64,000 nt of DNA from Roseateles sp. (GCA_052436255.1 JBQVNP010000011.1:3572-67571); one strand, 5' to 3'; shown: positions 17,415 through 26,420, counted from the first letter of the stretch. Notes: generated from the sequence alone by a model not told the origin. Numbers and translations: made by a program.

Positions 17415-17759
17415 ATGGAACAGAGCACCCTAGACCTCCGCCCGCCGGACCTCGCCACCGCTAAGGCCGTGGGTCATGTGGCTCAGCAGCTGGCCACCGC
17501 GCGCGCCGAGCGCGACGTCACCGACTTCCGCTCGCGTGCCGAGGCGGCCGTCCTGGAGCGCTTGCAGGCGGGCAAGGCCAGCGCGGAGGACCTGACCGAC
17601 TACGTCCGGTCCTGTGGCATCCCGTTCAAGGACGGTCGCGCCATGGGGAACGTCTACAAGACGATGAAGGACCGCGGGCTGATCCGCATCGCCGGTGCCT
17701 GCTTGCGCAAGCACGGGAACGGGACCAGCGGCGGGCACATCTGGGAGCGCTGCTCTTGA
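17415..17759 (+). CDS. Hypothetical, possibly winged-helix protein
   Basis: 114-aa ORF in operon. Confidence 0.65.
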   Translation: MEQSTLDLRPPDLATAKAVGHVAQQLATARAERDVTDFRSRAEAAVLERLQAGKASAEDLTDYVRSCGIPFKDGRAMGNVYKTMKDRGLIRIAGACLRKHGNGTSGGHIWERCS

Positions 17760-18769
17760 CCGAGCCATTGACTCCTGCCAACTGCGACCTGACGGACTTC
17801 GCCTTCATGCCGCTGGACGTGGCGCGCCTGCGCGACTCCGAGTTGGCCTCGAACGAGACGCCCGAGGCCTGCTGGGCAGCCGTGTTGCTGTGGGCGGCCT
17901 CATGGCACCAGGTGCCAGCCGCTTCGATGCCGAAGGATGACAAGTGGATTGCCAAGACCGCCGGCTACGCGCTGCGGGGCAAGATCGACAAGGCCTGGAC
18001 CGGCGTGCGCCCAGGCGCCATGCGAGGCTGGATCGAATGCGCCGATGGCCGCCTGTATCACCCTGTCGTGGCCGAGAAGGCTCGCGAGGCGTGGCAGGCG
18101 AAGCTGAAGCAGCGCTGGGGCACCGAGTGCGCGCGTATCAAGAAGCACAACGACCGCCACGAGGGAGCAAACGTTCACAAGCCCACCTTTGAAGAGTGGT
18201 TTGCCGCAGGCTGTCCCCAAGGACAACCGCTCTTTGTCCCTGGGGACAAAACGGACCCGAGCAAGGGACAAGGCGGGGAAACGAACTCCAAGAGACAGGG
18301 AGAGGGACAGGGACAGGGAGATAAAGATTCCGTTCCTACCGGAACGGGCGGCGAGCCGCCTGTGGACAAGTCCCCGTCTGAACTCACGAAGGCTGAGCTT
18401 TGGCGTGCCGGCAAGTCGCTGCTCGCTGAGCAGGGCCTGCCGGTGGCGCAGTGCGGGTCATTCGTCGGGAAGCTGGTCACCGACTACGGGGACGACATCG
18501 TCATCGCCGCAGTGCGGGCAGCCGTCACGGCGACACCGGCCGACGCCAAGGAATACCTCAAGGCCACCTGCCAGCGCCTGAAGGGCGAGCGCAAGGACGC
18601 CCCGCCACCGGTCACCGTAGCGAGCAATGCCGCCGACATCACCAAGGCCCAGCAGGCAGCCGAAGCGGCCCGACTCGCTGACCCCGTGGCCAAAGCCGCA
18701 GCCGACCTTGCCCGCATCGAGGCAATGAAGAAGCTGGGCCGTCCCGTCAACGAAGGAGCAACTGCATGA
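17756..18769 (+). CDS. Replication initiator (DUF1376/YdaU-like)
   Basis: DFAFMPLDVARLRDSE...LLWAASWHQVPAAS...GRLYHPVVAEKA; internal repeats. Confidence 0.8.
   Translation: MTEPLTPANCDLTDFAFMPLDVARLRDSELASNETPEACWAAVLLWAASWHQVPAASMPKDDKWIAKTAGYALRGKIDKAWTGVRPGAMRGWIECADGRLYHPVVAEKAREAWQAKLKQRWGTECARIKKHNDRHEGANVHKPTFEEWFAAGCPQGQPLFVPGDKTDPSKGQGGETNSKRQGEGQGQGDKDSVPTGTGGEPPVDKSPSELTKAELWRAGKSLLAEQGLPVAQCGSFVGKLVTDYGDDIVIAAVRAAVTATPADAKEYLKATCQRLKGERKDAPPPVTVASNAADITKAQQAAEAARLADPVAKAAADLARIEAMKKLGRPVNEGATA
18212..18320. repeat. Putative replication origin repeats within the initiator gene
   Basis: Cluster of TGTCCC/GGGACA(A/G) direct and inverted repeats. Confidence 0.55.
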
Positions 18770-19680
18770 CGAACACCGCATGCATGGGCGGCTGGTGCGA
18801 GAAGCGCGACCGCTGCGGTCACTTCCACGCAGCGAGCCCAGATCAACAACCCAAAGAGCGCCTGTGCCCTCGCGGCCGCGATGGCGCTGCGCAGATGGAG
18901 TCAGCCGATATGACACGCGTTCGTTTTTCCATTGCTGCCCGCGTCGAGCAAGTCCGGGCCGTACTGCGGCCGCACGGCATCACGCAGGCTGAGATCGGCG
19001 CTGCGCTGGCCGTCAACGCTACTTCGCGCATGGTCAAGATCCTGCATGCCGCGGTGGCCGCTGGTGCTGCCTTCTCGACGCGCGCTCGGGTGTCGTCGGT
19101 CATCAAGGTCCCCGAAATGGTCTTCTTTCCGACCGCTGCTGACCGCGACGCTTTCCGGGCCGTGTACGACGTTGAGATGGCCGCGCGCAAGAAGGCGCGG
19201 GATGTCGAGCGGGCTCAGAAGAAGTACCTGCGCAATCGCAGCGCCGAGGTGGCCAAGCGCTCAGCGGCGCGCGCGGAAGCCAGGGAGCAGCGCGAAGCCA
19301 ACGCGATTGCAGCGGCCATTGCACGCCGAGACAAGCTCTGTCTTGCGCTGGCCGAAGCTGAGCAGCGCCAGCAGCGCGCTCGGTTGAACCAGGAGGCTCG
19401 GGAGGCCAAGAAGGACCGCGCCAAGGTCGAGGTGAACAAGACTGTTCGCCGCCTGAAGGTCGAAACGAAGGCAGTGGCCGAGACGCCGATGAAGAAGGGG
19501 ACGACGGTCGCGGCAGGGCCGAATAGCCGCGGCCCGGCGCACCTGGACGGCGAGCTCGACCTAAGCCAAGCCAAGATCACGCGCGCCCCGACGCCGCCTG
19601 GTCGGTACGACGTCGATAACGCGCCCCGCGTGGTGTCATCCGGTGGCTGCCGCAAGTGGGCAGAGGCGGTGGCGGCATGA
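18766..19680 (+). CDS. Hypothetical protein with N-terminal Cys-rich motif
   Basis: CMGGWCEKRDRC...RLC; coupled ORF. Confidence 0.7.
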   Translation: MTNTACMGGWCEKRDRCGHFHAASPDQQPKERLCPRGRDGAAQMESADMTRVRFSIAARVEQVRAVLRPHGITQAEIGAALAVNATSRMVKILHAAVAAGAAFSTRARVSSVIKVPEMVFFPTAADRDAFRAVYDVEMAARKKARDVERAQKKYLRNRSAEVAKRSAARAEAREQREANAIAAAIARRDKLCLALAEAEQRQQRARLNQEAREAKKDRAKVEVNKTVRRLKVETKAVAETPMKKGTTVAAGPNSRGPAHLDGELDLSQAKITRAPTPPGRYDVDNAPRVVSSGGCRKWAEAVAA

Positions 19681-20207
19681 GCACACCAGAGACCATCGCC
19701 CTCAACCGCGCCCAGCGCCGCGCGATGGAGAAGGCCTCGCGCCGGCCGCCGAAGCCGAAGCGCGCCGACAGTGTGGACGCTGTGGGCTTTGCGATCAGAA
19801 GGGCCCAGCGCGCAATCCAGCCGGTCTCAGCCGACCAGGCGCGCGACCTGGCCATCGCGTATCACGGCGCCCTGAACGCCATATCCCAGGGCACCGGCAA
19901 TGCCGAGGACGCCAACACCCTAGCCCTGGCCGCCAACATCGCGCTGATGCTGGTCGAGGCGGGCCTGGGCATTGACCAGCTGCCGACCGTCCACGCCGCC
20001 CAGGACGCCATCATCAACATGATGCGTCGCGAGCAGCGGACCGGGCGCTTCGGCTTGACCGGGCCCGAACTGCGGCACCTGCAGGACCTGCTCGACCTTC
20101 ATGACGCGCAGATCGCCGACCCGGATTGCACCGAGGCCGTCATGTGCGCCGCGCTGGACGAGTGCAAGCGCCGCAGGGACGCTGGCCGAGTGCTGGGGCT
20201 GTCATGA
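19677..20207 (+). CDS. Phage hypothetical protein
   Basis: MSTPETIALNRA...; ATGA overlaps. Confidence 0.7.
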   Translation: MSTPETIALNRAQRRAMEKASRRPPKPKRADSVDAVGFAIRRAQRAIQPVSADQARDLAIAYHGALNAISQGTGNAEDANTLALAANIALMLVEAGLGIDQLPTVHAAQDAIINMMRREQRTGRFGLTGPELRHLQDLLDLHDAQIADPDCTEAVMCAALDECKRRRDAGRVLGLS

Positions 20208-20425
20208 CCTGCCCCGATTGCACCGCTGCGGCCCAGGGCCCGCATTACGTCTACCGAGCCAACTGCGCCGCGTGCCAAGCGCGCGACATCGCGGGCGGCC
20301 CGCTGTTCTTTCGGTGCCGCCAGGCCGGCAAGCAGGACAAGGAATACCGCGCGCTGCTGAAGCTGCGCGGCGTCACTCACGAGGCTGTCGTGCGCGCCAG
20401 CGAGGCGGAAAGGACACCAGCATGA
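20204..20425 (+). CDS. Small Cys-rich protein
   Basis: MTCPDC...CAAC. Confidence 0.6.
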   Translation: MTCPDCTAAAQGPHYVYRANCAACQARDIAGGPLFFRCRQAGKQDKEYRALLKLRGVTHEAVVRASEAERTPA

Positions 20426-20982
20426 ACGCGCTCATGGAACGCACCGCCAGCACGCCTGAGTCCTGGCGCGCTGCGGCAACTGCGATTTTCCGGGCCGGTG
20501 AGGCCATGCTCGAAGCTGGCCAGCGGCCTCACGTCGTGCTTGACGAAGAGGCCGACACGCTGACCCTGCGGCAAATGCGCTTCATCCACGGGCCGATCCT
20601 GCAGCAGATCAGCGAACAGGTTCGGGTCAACGGCGTTCAGTACACCCGCGAGATGTGGAAGATCCACCTGAAGGACTTGTTCATGCCCGACAAGTTCGAG
20701 ATGGTGCAGGCGCCCTTTGTGCGCGACAGGAAGACAGGCGCCTGGCGGCCGTCGAAGCGCGAGGTGCCCCGCAAGCTGCCAAAGAGCCTCAAGGACCTGA
20801 CCGGCAAGAGCCGATCCGAGTTCATAGACGCTGTGCTCGCCCACGCCGCCACCGCGTGGGGTGTCGAGTTCGTCTTCATCTTTGACGAACGCGAAGCGGT
20901 TCGGTACCGGCCGCCACAGCGCAAGACCAAGCCGGCCCAGCTGCCGGCGCCGGTGGCGCGTGGAGAGGCGGTGACAGCGTGA
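20422..20982 (+). CDS. NinB-like recombination protein
   Basis: TLRQMRFIHGPILQQISEQV...EMWKIHLKDLF...FIDAVLAHA; nin-region position. Confidence 0.65.
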   Translation: MNALMERTASTPESWRAAATAIFRAGEAMLEAGQRPHVVLDEEADTLTLRQMRFIHGPILQQISEQVRVNGVQYTREMWKIHLKDLFMPDKFEMVQAPFVRDRKTGAWRPSKREVPRKLPKSLKDLTGKSRSEFIDAVLAHAATAWGVEFVFIFDEREAVRYRPPQRKTKPAQLPAPVARGEAVTA

Positions 20983-21055
20983 CGCGCGCAGAGCACCGCC
21001 TGGAGATCGCCCGCGGCCTGCTGGGTGTAGAAGCCTACGACAACGCGGCGGCGGA

Positions 21056-21751
21056 ATGCTGACGCGCTCCAAGCCTATGCCCCGCGGCAAGTGCTTCACC
21101 CAGAAGCCCCGCGCTCCCATGTCCCGCTCCCCGCTGCGCGCCACGGCGCCGGCCAAGGCCGAGGTGCCGCTGCTCAAGATGCGGAAGTGCCCAGTCAAGA
21201 AGGGCGGCTGCGGCGCCAGCTTCCGCCCGCTGCGCCACGGCCAGCTCGCCTGCCTGGACTGCGCCGTGCCGGTCGGCAAGTGGCTGGCCACCAGCAAGGC
21301 CAAGGCTGCCCACAAGGAAGACATCAAGCAGACCAAGGCAGCGCTGGAGAAGCTCAAGCGCGTGCCCGAGCTGAAGAAAGAGGCGCAGAAGGCCTTCAAT
21401 GACTGGGTCCGCGCCCGCGATGCCGGCAAGGCCTGCTTTGTCTGCGGCCGCACGCTGGTGCTGGGCGGCGTTGGCGGTGGCTTCGATGCTGGCCACATCC
21501 GCTCGCGCAGCAACGCCGACAACCTCCGCTTCGACGAGCGCAACGTCCACGGCCAGTGCAAGCCATGCAACGCCGTCGGCGCCACGAAGGACTGGCAGAT
21601 GCGCGAGGCCGCCGACCGCCTACTTGGCCCCGAGGTGGCCGCGGAGCTCTACGCCGACAACAAGCCCATCAAGTGGCAGCGCGACCAGCTCCGCCAGATC
21701 CGCGACGAGAGCCGCGCCAAGCTGGCCGCGCTGAAGAAGTCCAGCCGTTGA
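21056..21751 (+). CDS. ninG: NinG (Rap) family endonuclease
   Basis: EAQKAFNDWVRARD...CFVCG...DAGHIRSR...LRFDERNVHGQCKPCN. Confidence 0.9.
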   Translation: MLTRSKPMPRGKCFTQKPRAPMSRSPLRATAPAKAEVPLLKMRKCPVKKGGCGASFRPLRHGQLACLDCAVPVGKWLATSKAKAAHKEDIKQTKAALEKLKRVPELKKEAQKAFNDWVRARDAGKACFVCGRTLVLGGVGGGFDAGHIRSRSNADNLRFDERNVHGQCKPCNAVGATKDWQMREAADRLLGPEVAAELYADNKPIKWQRDQLRQIRDESRAKLAALKKSSR

Positions 21752-21781
21752 CCACCCAAACACCCCAACCGGAGACATGCA

Positions 21782-21982
21782 ATGGCCCCTGACGACCAGC
21801 AAGAAAAGAGCCGCGTGCTTGTGGCCGCGCACCTGCGAGCCATGCGCGAGAACTGGCCCATGCAGCTCGACATCCTGGCCTTCAAAGCCAAGATGGCCCG
21901 CGCGCGTTATCTCGCTCTGCGCCAGGAGGGCTTCGCCTTCGACGAGGCGCTGCGGCTTTGCCTGGAGGACGTGAAGCTGTGA
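21782..21982 (+). CDS. Phage hypothetical protein
   Basis: 66-aa ORF. Confidence 0.6.
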   Translation: MAPDDQQEKSRVLVAAHLRAMRENWPMQLDILAFKAKMARARYLALRQEGFAFDEALRLCLEDVKL

Positions 21983-22662
21983 GCAAGGTCGAAGAGAAGT
22001 ACCACCGCGCCGCGCAGTCCAGCCACCTGGAAATGCGCCGCACCGACGAAGGCCAGGGCGACGTCGAGACGATCATTGCCGCCGGCCTGGCCGAGACGAT
22101 GGGGATTCTGCTGACCCGGCTGCGCGGGGAGTGGGACGCGGCCGCTGGCGAGGTGGCGCTCACCCAGCGCAACGCCAAGCGCCTGCAGGAGGCCCGCGCC
22201 GCCGCGGTGAAGGCCGCCACGCCGAGCAAGCCCTTCGACGCCGCCGCCTTCGACCGGGACGCCAGCGCCGAGCTGCTGACGGCCCGCCTGCTGATCCTCA
22301 CCGGCCTCCGCAGCCTTGAGCCCGCCAAGCAGGCCCTGTTCCTCTTCGCCCACCGACAGGCGCCGCACAAGGCCTGCGAGTCCAACGAGGCCGCCCTCGG
22401 CAAGCTGGTCGGCCAGGTGCTGGACGTGTGGCTCGACAAGGTCTGCCACCACTGCAACGGCGTGGGCTTTACCGGCGGCTACGGCAGCCCACGCCTGATG
22501 TGCATGGGCAAGGGCAAGTGTGGCGGCTCTGGCAGCCGGCGCGATGGGCGGCTGGGCGCCAACGAAGCGGAGCGGCTGTTCGGCCTGTTCTTGCTCAACG
22601 TCATGGACAGCCGCTGCGCCGGCTCCATGAAGACTGTTCAACGGAAGACGAGGCAAGGATGA
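21979..22662 (+). CDS. Q-like late antiterminator (zinc-finger type)
   Basis: CHHCNGVG...CMGKGKCGGSG; follows ninG; GTG start. Confidence 0.65.
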   Translation: MSKVEEKYHRAAQSSHLEMRRTDEGQGDVETIIAAGLAETMGILLTRLRGEWDAAAGEVALTQRNAKRLQEARAAAVKAATPSKPFDAAAFDRDASAELLTARLLILTGLRSLEPAKQALFLFAHRQAPHKACESNEAALGKLVGQVLDVWLDKVCHHCNGVGFTGGYGSPRLMCMGKGKCGGSGSRRDGRLGANEAERLFGLFLLNVMDSRCAGSMKTVQRKTRQG

Positions 22663-22886
22663 GCGAAGCAAAGCTGGTCAACAACGGCGAGGCGTCCTAC
22701 TTCGAGTTCGAGGCCGATGGGCGCAAGGAGCGCCGCGAGGTCGAGATGCGCGAGCTTCGGTACAAGTTCTTTGAGTCGGATCAGGAATACGCCGTGATGG
22801 CGCCGCACCCGGTGCTGGACTCTGACGAGATCCTGGTGACCGACGTCGCTGGCCGCATGCACGTCTTCAAGGGGCCGCAAGGATGA
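22659..22886 (+). CDS. Hypothetical protein
   Basis: MSEAKLVNNG...; ATGA overlaps. Confidence 0.6.
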   Translation: MSEAKLVNNGEASYFEFEADGRKERREVEMRELRYKFFESDQEYAVMAPHPVLDSDEILVTDVAGRMHVFKGPQG

Positions 22887-23476
22887 GACCCACCCAACAC
22901 CCCAGCAACAAGCGAACCCTGCTTTTTCTCGATGACTTTCAGGCGTCCCCCGGCAACGGGGCAGGCAAGGGCAGTGCTGCCCTGACGTGGCAGCCAACCG
23001 CCGAGCAGCTCGCGAAGATGAACGCAGGAGGATCGGTGACGATCTTCCTTCCTGGATCGTGGACTCGATGGAGCGGCCCGACGGGCGAGTCGCCAGCAAA
23101 CGCGGAAGACATCATTGACTTCGTGTGCTGGGATGGCGAGGTGGTGCGCAACGTCACTGCGGGCAGCTGCGGCTGGCCTCATGTCGGCTCAAGCGGCGAC
23201 ATCGTGGGTTATCGAGTGGTGCGGCCGGCGGCGCTGGAGTTCGTGGACGCCGAGGTCCGCCGCGTCGACGTTCGCACGATGAACCTCTACTTCGCCCGCT
23301 GGAAAACGGCTGGCGGCTTCGGCCTCACCGCAACCGTTGCCGCGAACACCGAATCGGAAGCGCTGGCCGAGCTGGCGCTGAGCGATTCCGAGACCCTGGA
23401 ACTCATCGAGGCCGTGGGCACCATGCGCGGGGAACGGTACACGCGGCCGACGACCATCAGCAGGGATTCCCTGTGA
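22883..23476 (+). CDS. Phage hypothetical protein
   Basis: 197-aa ORF. Confidence 0.6.
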   Translation: MRPTQHPSNKRTLLFLDDFQASPGNGAGKGSAALTWQPTAEQLAKMNAGGSVTIFLPGSWTRWSGPTGESPANAEDIIDFVCWDGEVVRNVTAGSCGWPHVGSSGDIVGYRVVRPAALEFVDAEVRRVDVRTMNLYFARWKTAGGFGLTATVAANTESEALAELALSDSETLELIEAVGTMRGERYTRPTTISRDSL

Positions 23477-23518
23477 CCCATCACCAACCGCGCCAAGAGG
23501 GCGAACGAAAGGAAGACC

Positions 23519-23827
23519 ATGAGTGAAGGAATGAAGGCCGTCTACGCGACGCTCGGGCTGATCGCCGCGGCCGTCATCGGCTACATCTGGGGCGGCTACG
23601 TCTTCAGCATCTTGTGGGCATGGTTCATCGTCACGGCCTTCGCTTTGCCGGCGCTGAGCGTGGCCCAGGCCATCGGCTTGACGCTTGCGGGTCGCTTCCT
23701 CTTGGCTCGCTGGAAGCCCGTGAAGGAAGAAGACAGCAGCCCTGGTGCCGCGATGGCGTCCTCATTCGTTGTGCCACTACTGTTCCTGGCCATCGGCTGG
23801 GTCGTGAAGCAGTGGTTGCCGGCGTGA
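23519..23827 (+). CDS. Membrane protein
   Basis: Several hydrophobic helices, AGGAAG RBS. Confidence 0.7.
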   Translation: MSEGMKAVYATLGLIAAAVIGYIWGGYVFSILWAWFIVTAFALPALSVAQAIGLTLAGRFLLARWKPVKEEDSSPGAAMASSFVVPLLFLAIGWVVKQWLPA

Positions 23828-23837
23828 GAATGTCGCC

Positions 23838-24245
23838 ATGACAAAGCACAAGGTATCCGAACTGACCGGCACGCTGCTGGATGCGGCTGTGGCCCACTCA
23901 AACGGCTGGCCGTATCGCTTGCGCGATGGCAGTTGCGAGGTCGTCGCATCAGTGCCCTTGTACAGCGATCCACCGCCTTCTTTCGGGGAGAGTGGCGGTG
24001 AAATGGACGTGTTCGTTTCGTTCTGTCCATCAACAAGATGGTCGCAGGGAGGCCCGCTCATTGAGCGCGAGCGCATCACCCTGCATGTAGCGGCTGGACG
24101 AACCATTGCCTACGTCGGTGCGGAGTTCATGTCCGACGAGGTGACCTCGTATGTAGCGTCCGGTGACGGCGAGACGCCCCTAATCGCCGCCATGCGCGCC
24201 TTCGTCACCGCCAAGCTGGGCGAAGAGGTGGAACTCCCGGCTTGA
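23838..24245 (+). CDS. NinX/DUF2591-like protein
   Basis: KVSELTGTLLDAAVA...PSTRWSQGGPLIERERI...GETPLIAAMRAFVTAKLGEEVELP. Confidence 0.8.
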   Translation: MTKHKVSELTGTLLDAAVAHSNGWPYRLRDGSCEVVASVPLYSDPPPSFGESGGEMDVFVSFCPSTRWSQGGPLIERERITLHVAAGRTIAYVGAEFMSDEVTSYVASGDGETPLIAAMRAFVTAKLGEEVELPA

Positions 24246-24269
24246 CGCAACCCCTAGCAGCGGTATGAT
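24242..24269 (+). promoter_or_regulatory. pR'-like late promoter
   Basis: TTGACG-16 nt-TATGAT overlapping the upstream stop codon. Confidence 0.7.
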
Positions 24270-24403
24270 CCGCGCCGCAACCACCGCGAGACGACGACCG
24301 CCGCCACACGGCACGATCTTCTGAGCCTCGGCTCTCCATCCGGCGCAATCCGCCTAAGCAGGCTAGCCCTGCGACAAGTCGATGGAAACGCTCGCCCCTA
24401 CCG

Positions 24404-24434
24404 AACCCGCCCACTGAGGCGGGTTTGTCGTTTC
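24404..24434 (+). terminator. tR'-like terminator
   Basis: AACCCGCC-CACTGA-GGCGGGTT followed by TGTCGTTTC. Confidence 0.6.
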
Positions 24435-25075
24435 AGAGTCCACCCAGAGCGTTCGCGCCGCTGGGTTTGAAGTCCTCGGCTCACTGCTGAGGCTGCCCGG
24501 GTTTATCGCCGGGCGTTGGAACTGAGCCGCTGCTGACCTGCGGGCGCGGCCAGGATGATCGGCAGGACCGGACACCTAGGGATCAAGGCGGGCGCTCACC
24601 GGGCGCGCCTGAACGCCTCCCGCCATACCGTGCCAAGTAGCCTCAGAGCGTCATAGCTTGGGCCAAGCCCTGCCGAAATGGCCCCGCACAGAGTAAGCGG
24701 GTGGCAGCCGGGGAAGACCGGCAAGAACAACTGCGGTGTAGCGCATCGGTAGCGCGACGGGCTCATAACCCGAAGGTAGGTGGTTCGATTCCACCCTCCG
24801 CAACCAGGGCAGACTCGGAATCTGGTGGAAAGGGCAGGGGGCGGGAAACCGTGTGACCCCATGCGCGCCGAGTGGAGAAGAACCCAGATTGACGGCCGGG
24901 AAAGACCGGCGCCCCCATGCATGGCGCTTGACTGGTGGGGGTTCCCGCCGGTGGCCAACAGGCGCCATGCATGGGGGTGAACTCCCTGCACCGCTGATGG
25001 TGAAACATGAGACCGGCCCCGATTGCTGTGCGTCCAAGGGTCGGCACTGAACAGCACCGCATAGCAACACCCTCT
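24435..25075 (+). ncRNA. Candidate large structured ncRNA region embedding a tRNA
   Basis: No convincing ORF; many long stems (24477-24483/24523-24529, 24912-24927/24962-24977, 25023-25032/25058-25067), GAAA loops, a repeated motif. Confidence 0.5.
24732..24806 (+). tRNA. tRNA-Met(CAT), initiator-like, phage-encoded
   Basis: Cloverleaf; GGGCTCATAACCC anticodon arm with three G-C pairs; GGTGG-TTCGATT-CCACC T arm; encoded CCA. Confidence 0.9.
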
Positions 25076-25090
25076 TCAACACTGGCCGCC

Positions 25091-25330
25091 ATGCTCTACG
25101 ACTACCGCAACGTCCAGCCGGGCGCCACGGTTTGCAACCTGGACACCAGGGAGCGGATTAACAAGGTGGTCGCCATTGACACCGAGGCCGGCGAAGTAGA
25201 GGTCACTGTCGAACCGCTGCGCATCGTTGATGACAGCTTCGTCACCCAGCGCCTGCGCTTCGTCGCCGTCTGGCCGATCCTGGACCTCGGCATTCCGTGC
25301 GCCTTTCACTGCCACGGTCGCCTGAACTGA
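25091..25330 (+). CDS. Hypothetical protein (79 aa)
   Basis: MLYDYRNVQPGATV... Confidence 0.6.
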   Translation: MLYDYRNVQPGATVCNLDTRERINKVVAIDTEAGEVEVTVEPLRIVDDSFVTQRLRFVAVWPILDLGIPCAFHCHGRLN

Positions 25331-25472
25331 TCACAGCGCCTGTTCATTCCCCTCAGCCAAAAGGGGCCGCCCTGGGCGCCAATACGGGGCGGTAACTCCG
25401 GCGCTGCGCTGCCCGGCGCTCAAGAAACTGGCGGGGCAGCACCGGCAGGCTCCAGCCCTCCGGGGTAGACCG

Positions 25473-25838
25473 ATGGAGCCGCAACCCGTGAAGCTCAAGA
25501 AGCTATCCCCTCGCATCCAGCCGCTGCACAAGTCCAGCTCAGGCTGGGCCAGCGAGGCTCGCCAGAGCAGCGCCGCCCGCGGCTACGACTGGGCATGGAA
25601 CAAGCGCCGCCTGCGCATCCTCGCCAGGGACGCTGGCCTGTGCCAGCCCTGCCTCCGCCGCGGCCACATCACCCCCGACTGCAGGACGGTTGACCACATC
25701 GTCAACAAAGCCAGGGGCGGCAGCGACCACGACTCCAACCTGCAGACCATCTGCGATGGACCAGGGTCGTGCCACAGCGCCAAGACGGCGGCCGAGTCGC
25801 GCGGGCTGGTGTGGGACGAGGCGATGCCTGATCGTTGA
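25473..25838 (+). CDS. Terminase-associated HNH endonuclease
   Basis: RDAGLCQPC...VDHIVNKARGGSD..SNLQTIC...CHSAKT; directly before terS. Confidence 0.9.
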   Translation: MEPQPVKLKKLSPRIQPLHKSSSGWASEARQSSAARGYDWAWNKRRLRILARDAGLCQPCLRRGHITPDCRTVDHIVNKARGGSDHDSNLQTICDGPGSCHSAKTAAESRGLVWDEAMPDR

Positions 25839-25884
25839 GCCTGGCGCGTCCTGGTGCGGCGGCGGGGCGTCCTGGCGCGGCCCG

Positions 25885-25965
25885 ATGGGTAGGGGGGGGT
25901 GCAAGACCTGGGTTGGCCGGCTTGCCCGACCACTCAGTCCCTCACGTACAGAAAATATCGCCCGA
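25885..25965. other. Putative cos/packaging region
   Basis: G-tract GGGTAGGGGGGGGTG and CCCTCACGTACAGAAAAT between HNH and terS, the usual position in HK97-like cos phages. Confidence 0.45.
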
Positions 25966-26010
25966 TTGAATAGCCTCGGGCGGGTTTGAGTTATTCAAAG
26001 GAATTCAATC

Positions 26011-26418
26011 ATGCCCAGAGGTGGAGCCCGGCCCGGGGCTGGCCGGAAGCCAAAAGCCCCGGGCGCCGCAGCGAAGAAGGCCGCGCCAAAGAAGGCGGCC
26101 GGCTACTCGCCAGACGGCAAGAAATCGGCCGACGCGCCGGCATCCTGGCCGTTCGGGACTGCCGAGCAGCCGCAGCAGCCTGCTGAAGATCTGTCGGAGC
26201 TGACGCCGCTGGCGTACCTGCTTACCGTGGTCCGGAATCCTCTTGCGGAAGAGAAGACCCGCATTCAGGCAGCCAGCATCGCGGCGCCCTACTGCCACGC
26301 CAAGAAGGGCGAGGCCGGCAAGAAAGAGGCTGCGGCCGAGGTTGCGCGCAAGGGCTCGCCTCGGTTCGCCCAGGCTGCCCCGCCTAGGCTGGCTGCGGCC
26401 GGCGGCAAGAAGGTCTGA
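26011..26418 (+). CDS. Terminase small subunit
   Basis: MPRGGARPGAGRKPK...PLAYLLTVVRNP...AAPYCHAK. Confidence 0.85.
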   Translation: MPRGGARPGAGRKPKAPGAAAKKAAPKKAAGYSPDGKKSADAPASWPFGTAEQPQQPAEDLSELTPLAYLLTVVRNPLAEEKTRIQAASIAAPYCHAKKGEAGKKEAAAEVARKGSPRFAQAAPPRLAAAGGKKV

Positions 26419-26420
26419 CC

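Noticed and set aside
24470-25470. Hammerhead, twister, pistol or HDV ribozyme matches
   Set aside because: Partial strings (CTGAGG...GGAAC, CTGATGG...GAAAC, TAACTCC) lack the complete conserved cores by eye
25473-25838. HNH as a homing endonuclease or RNA-guided (IscB/HEARO-like) nuclease
   Set aside because: Size and position directly before terS fit the ordinary terminase-associated HNH; no RuvC motifs
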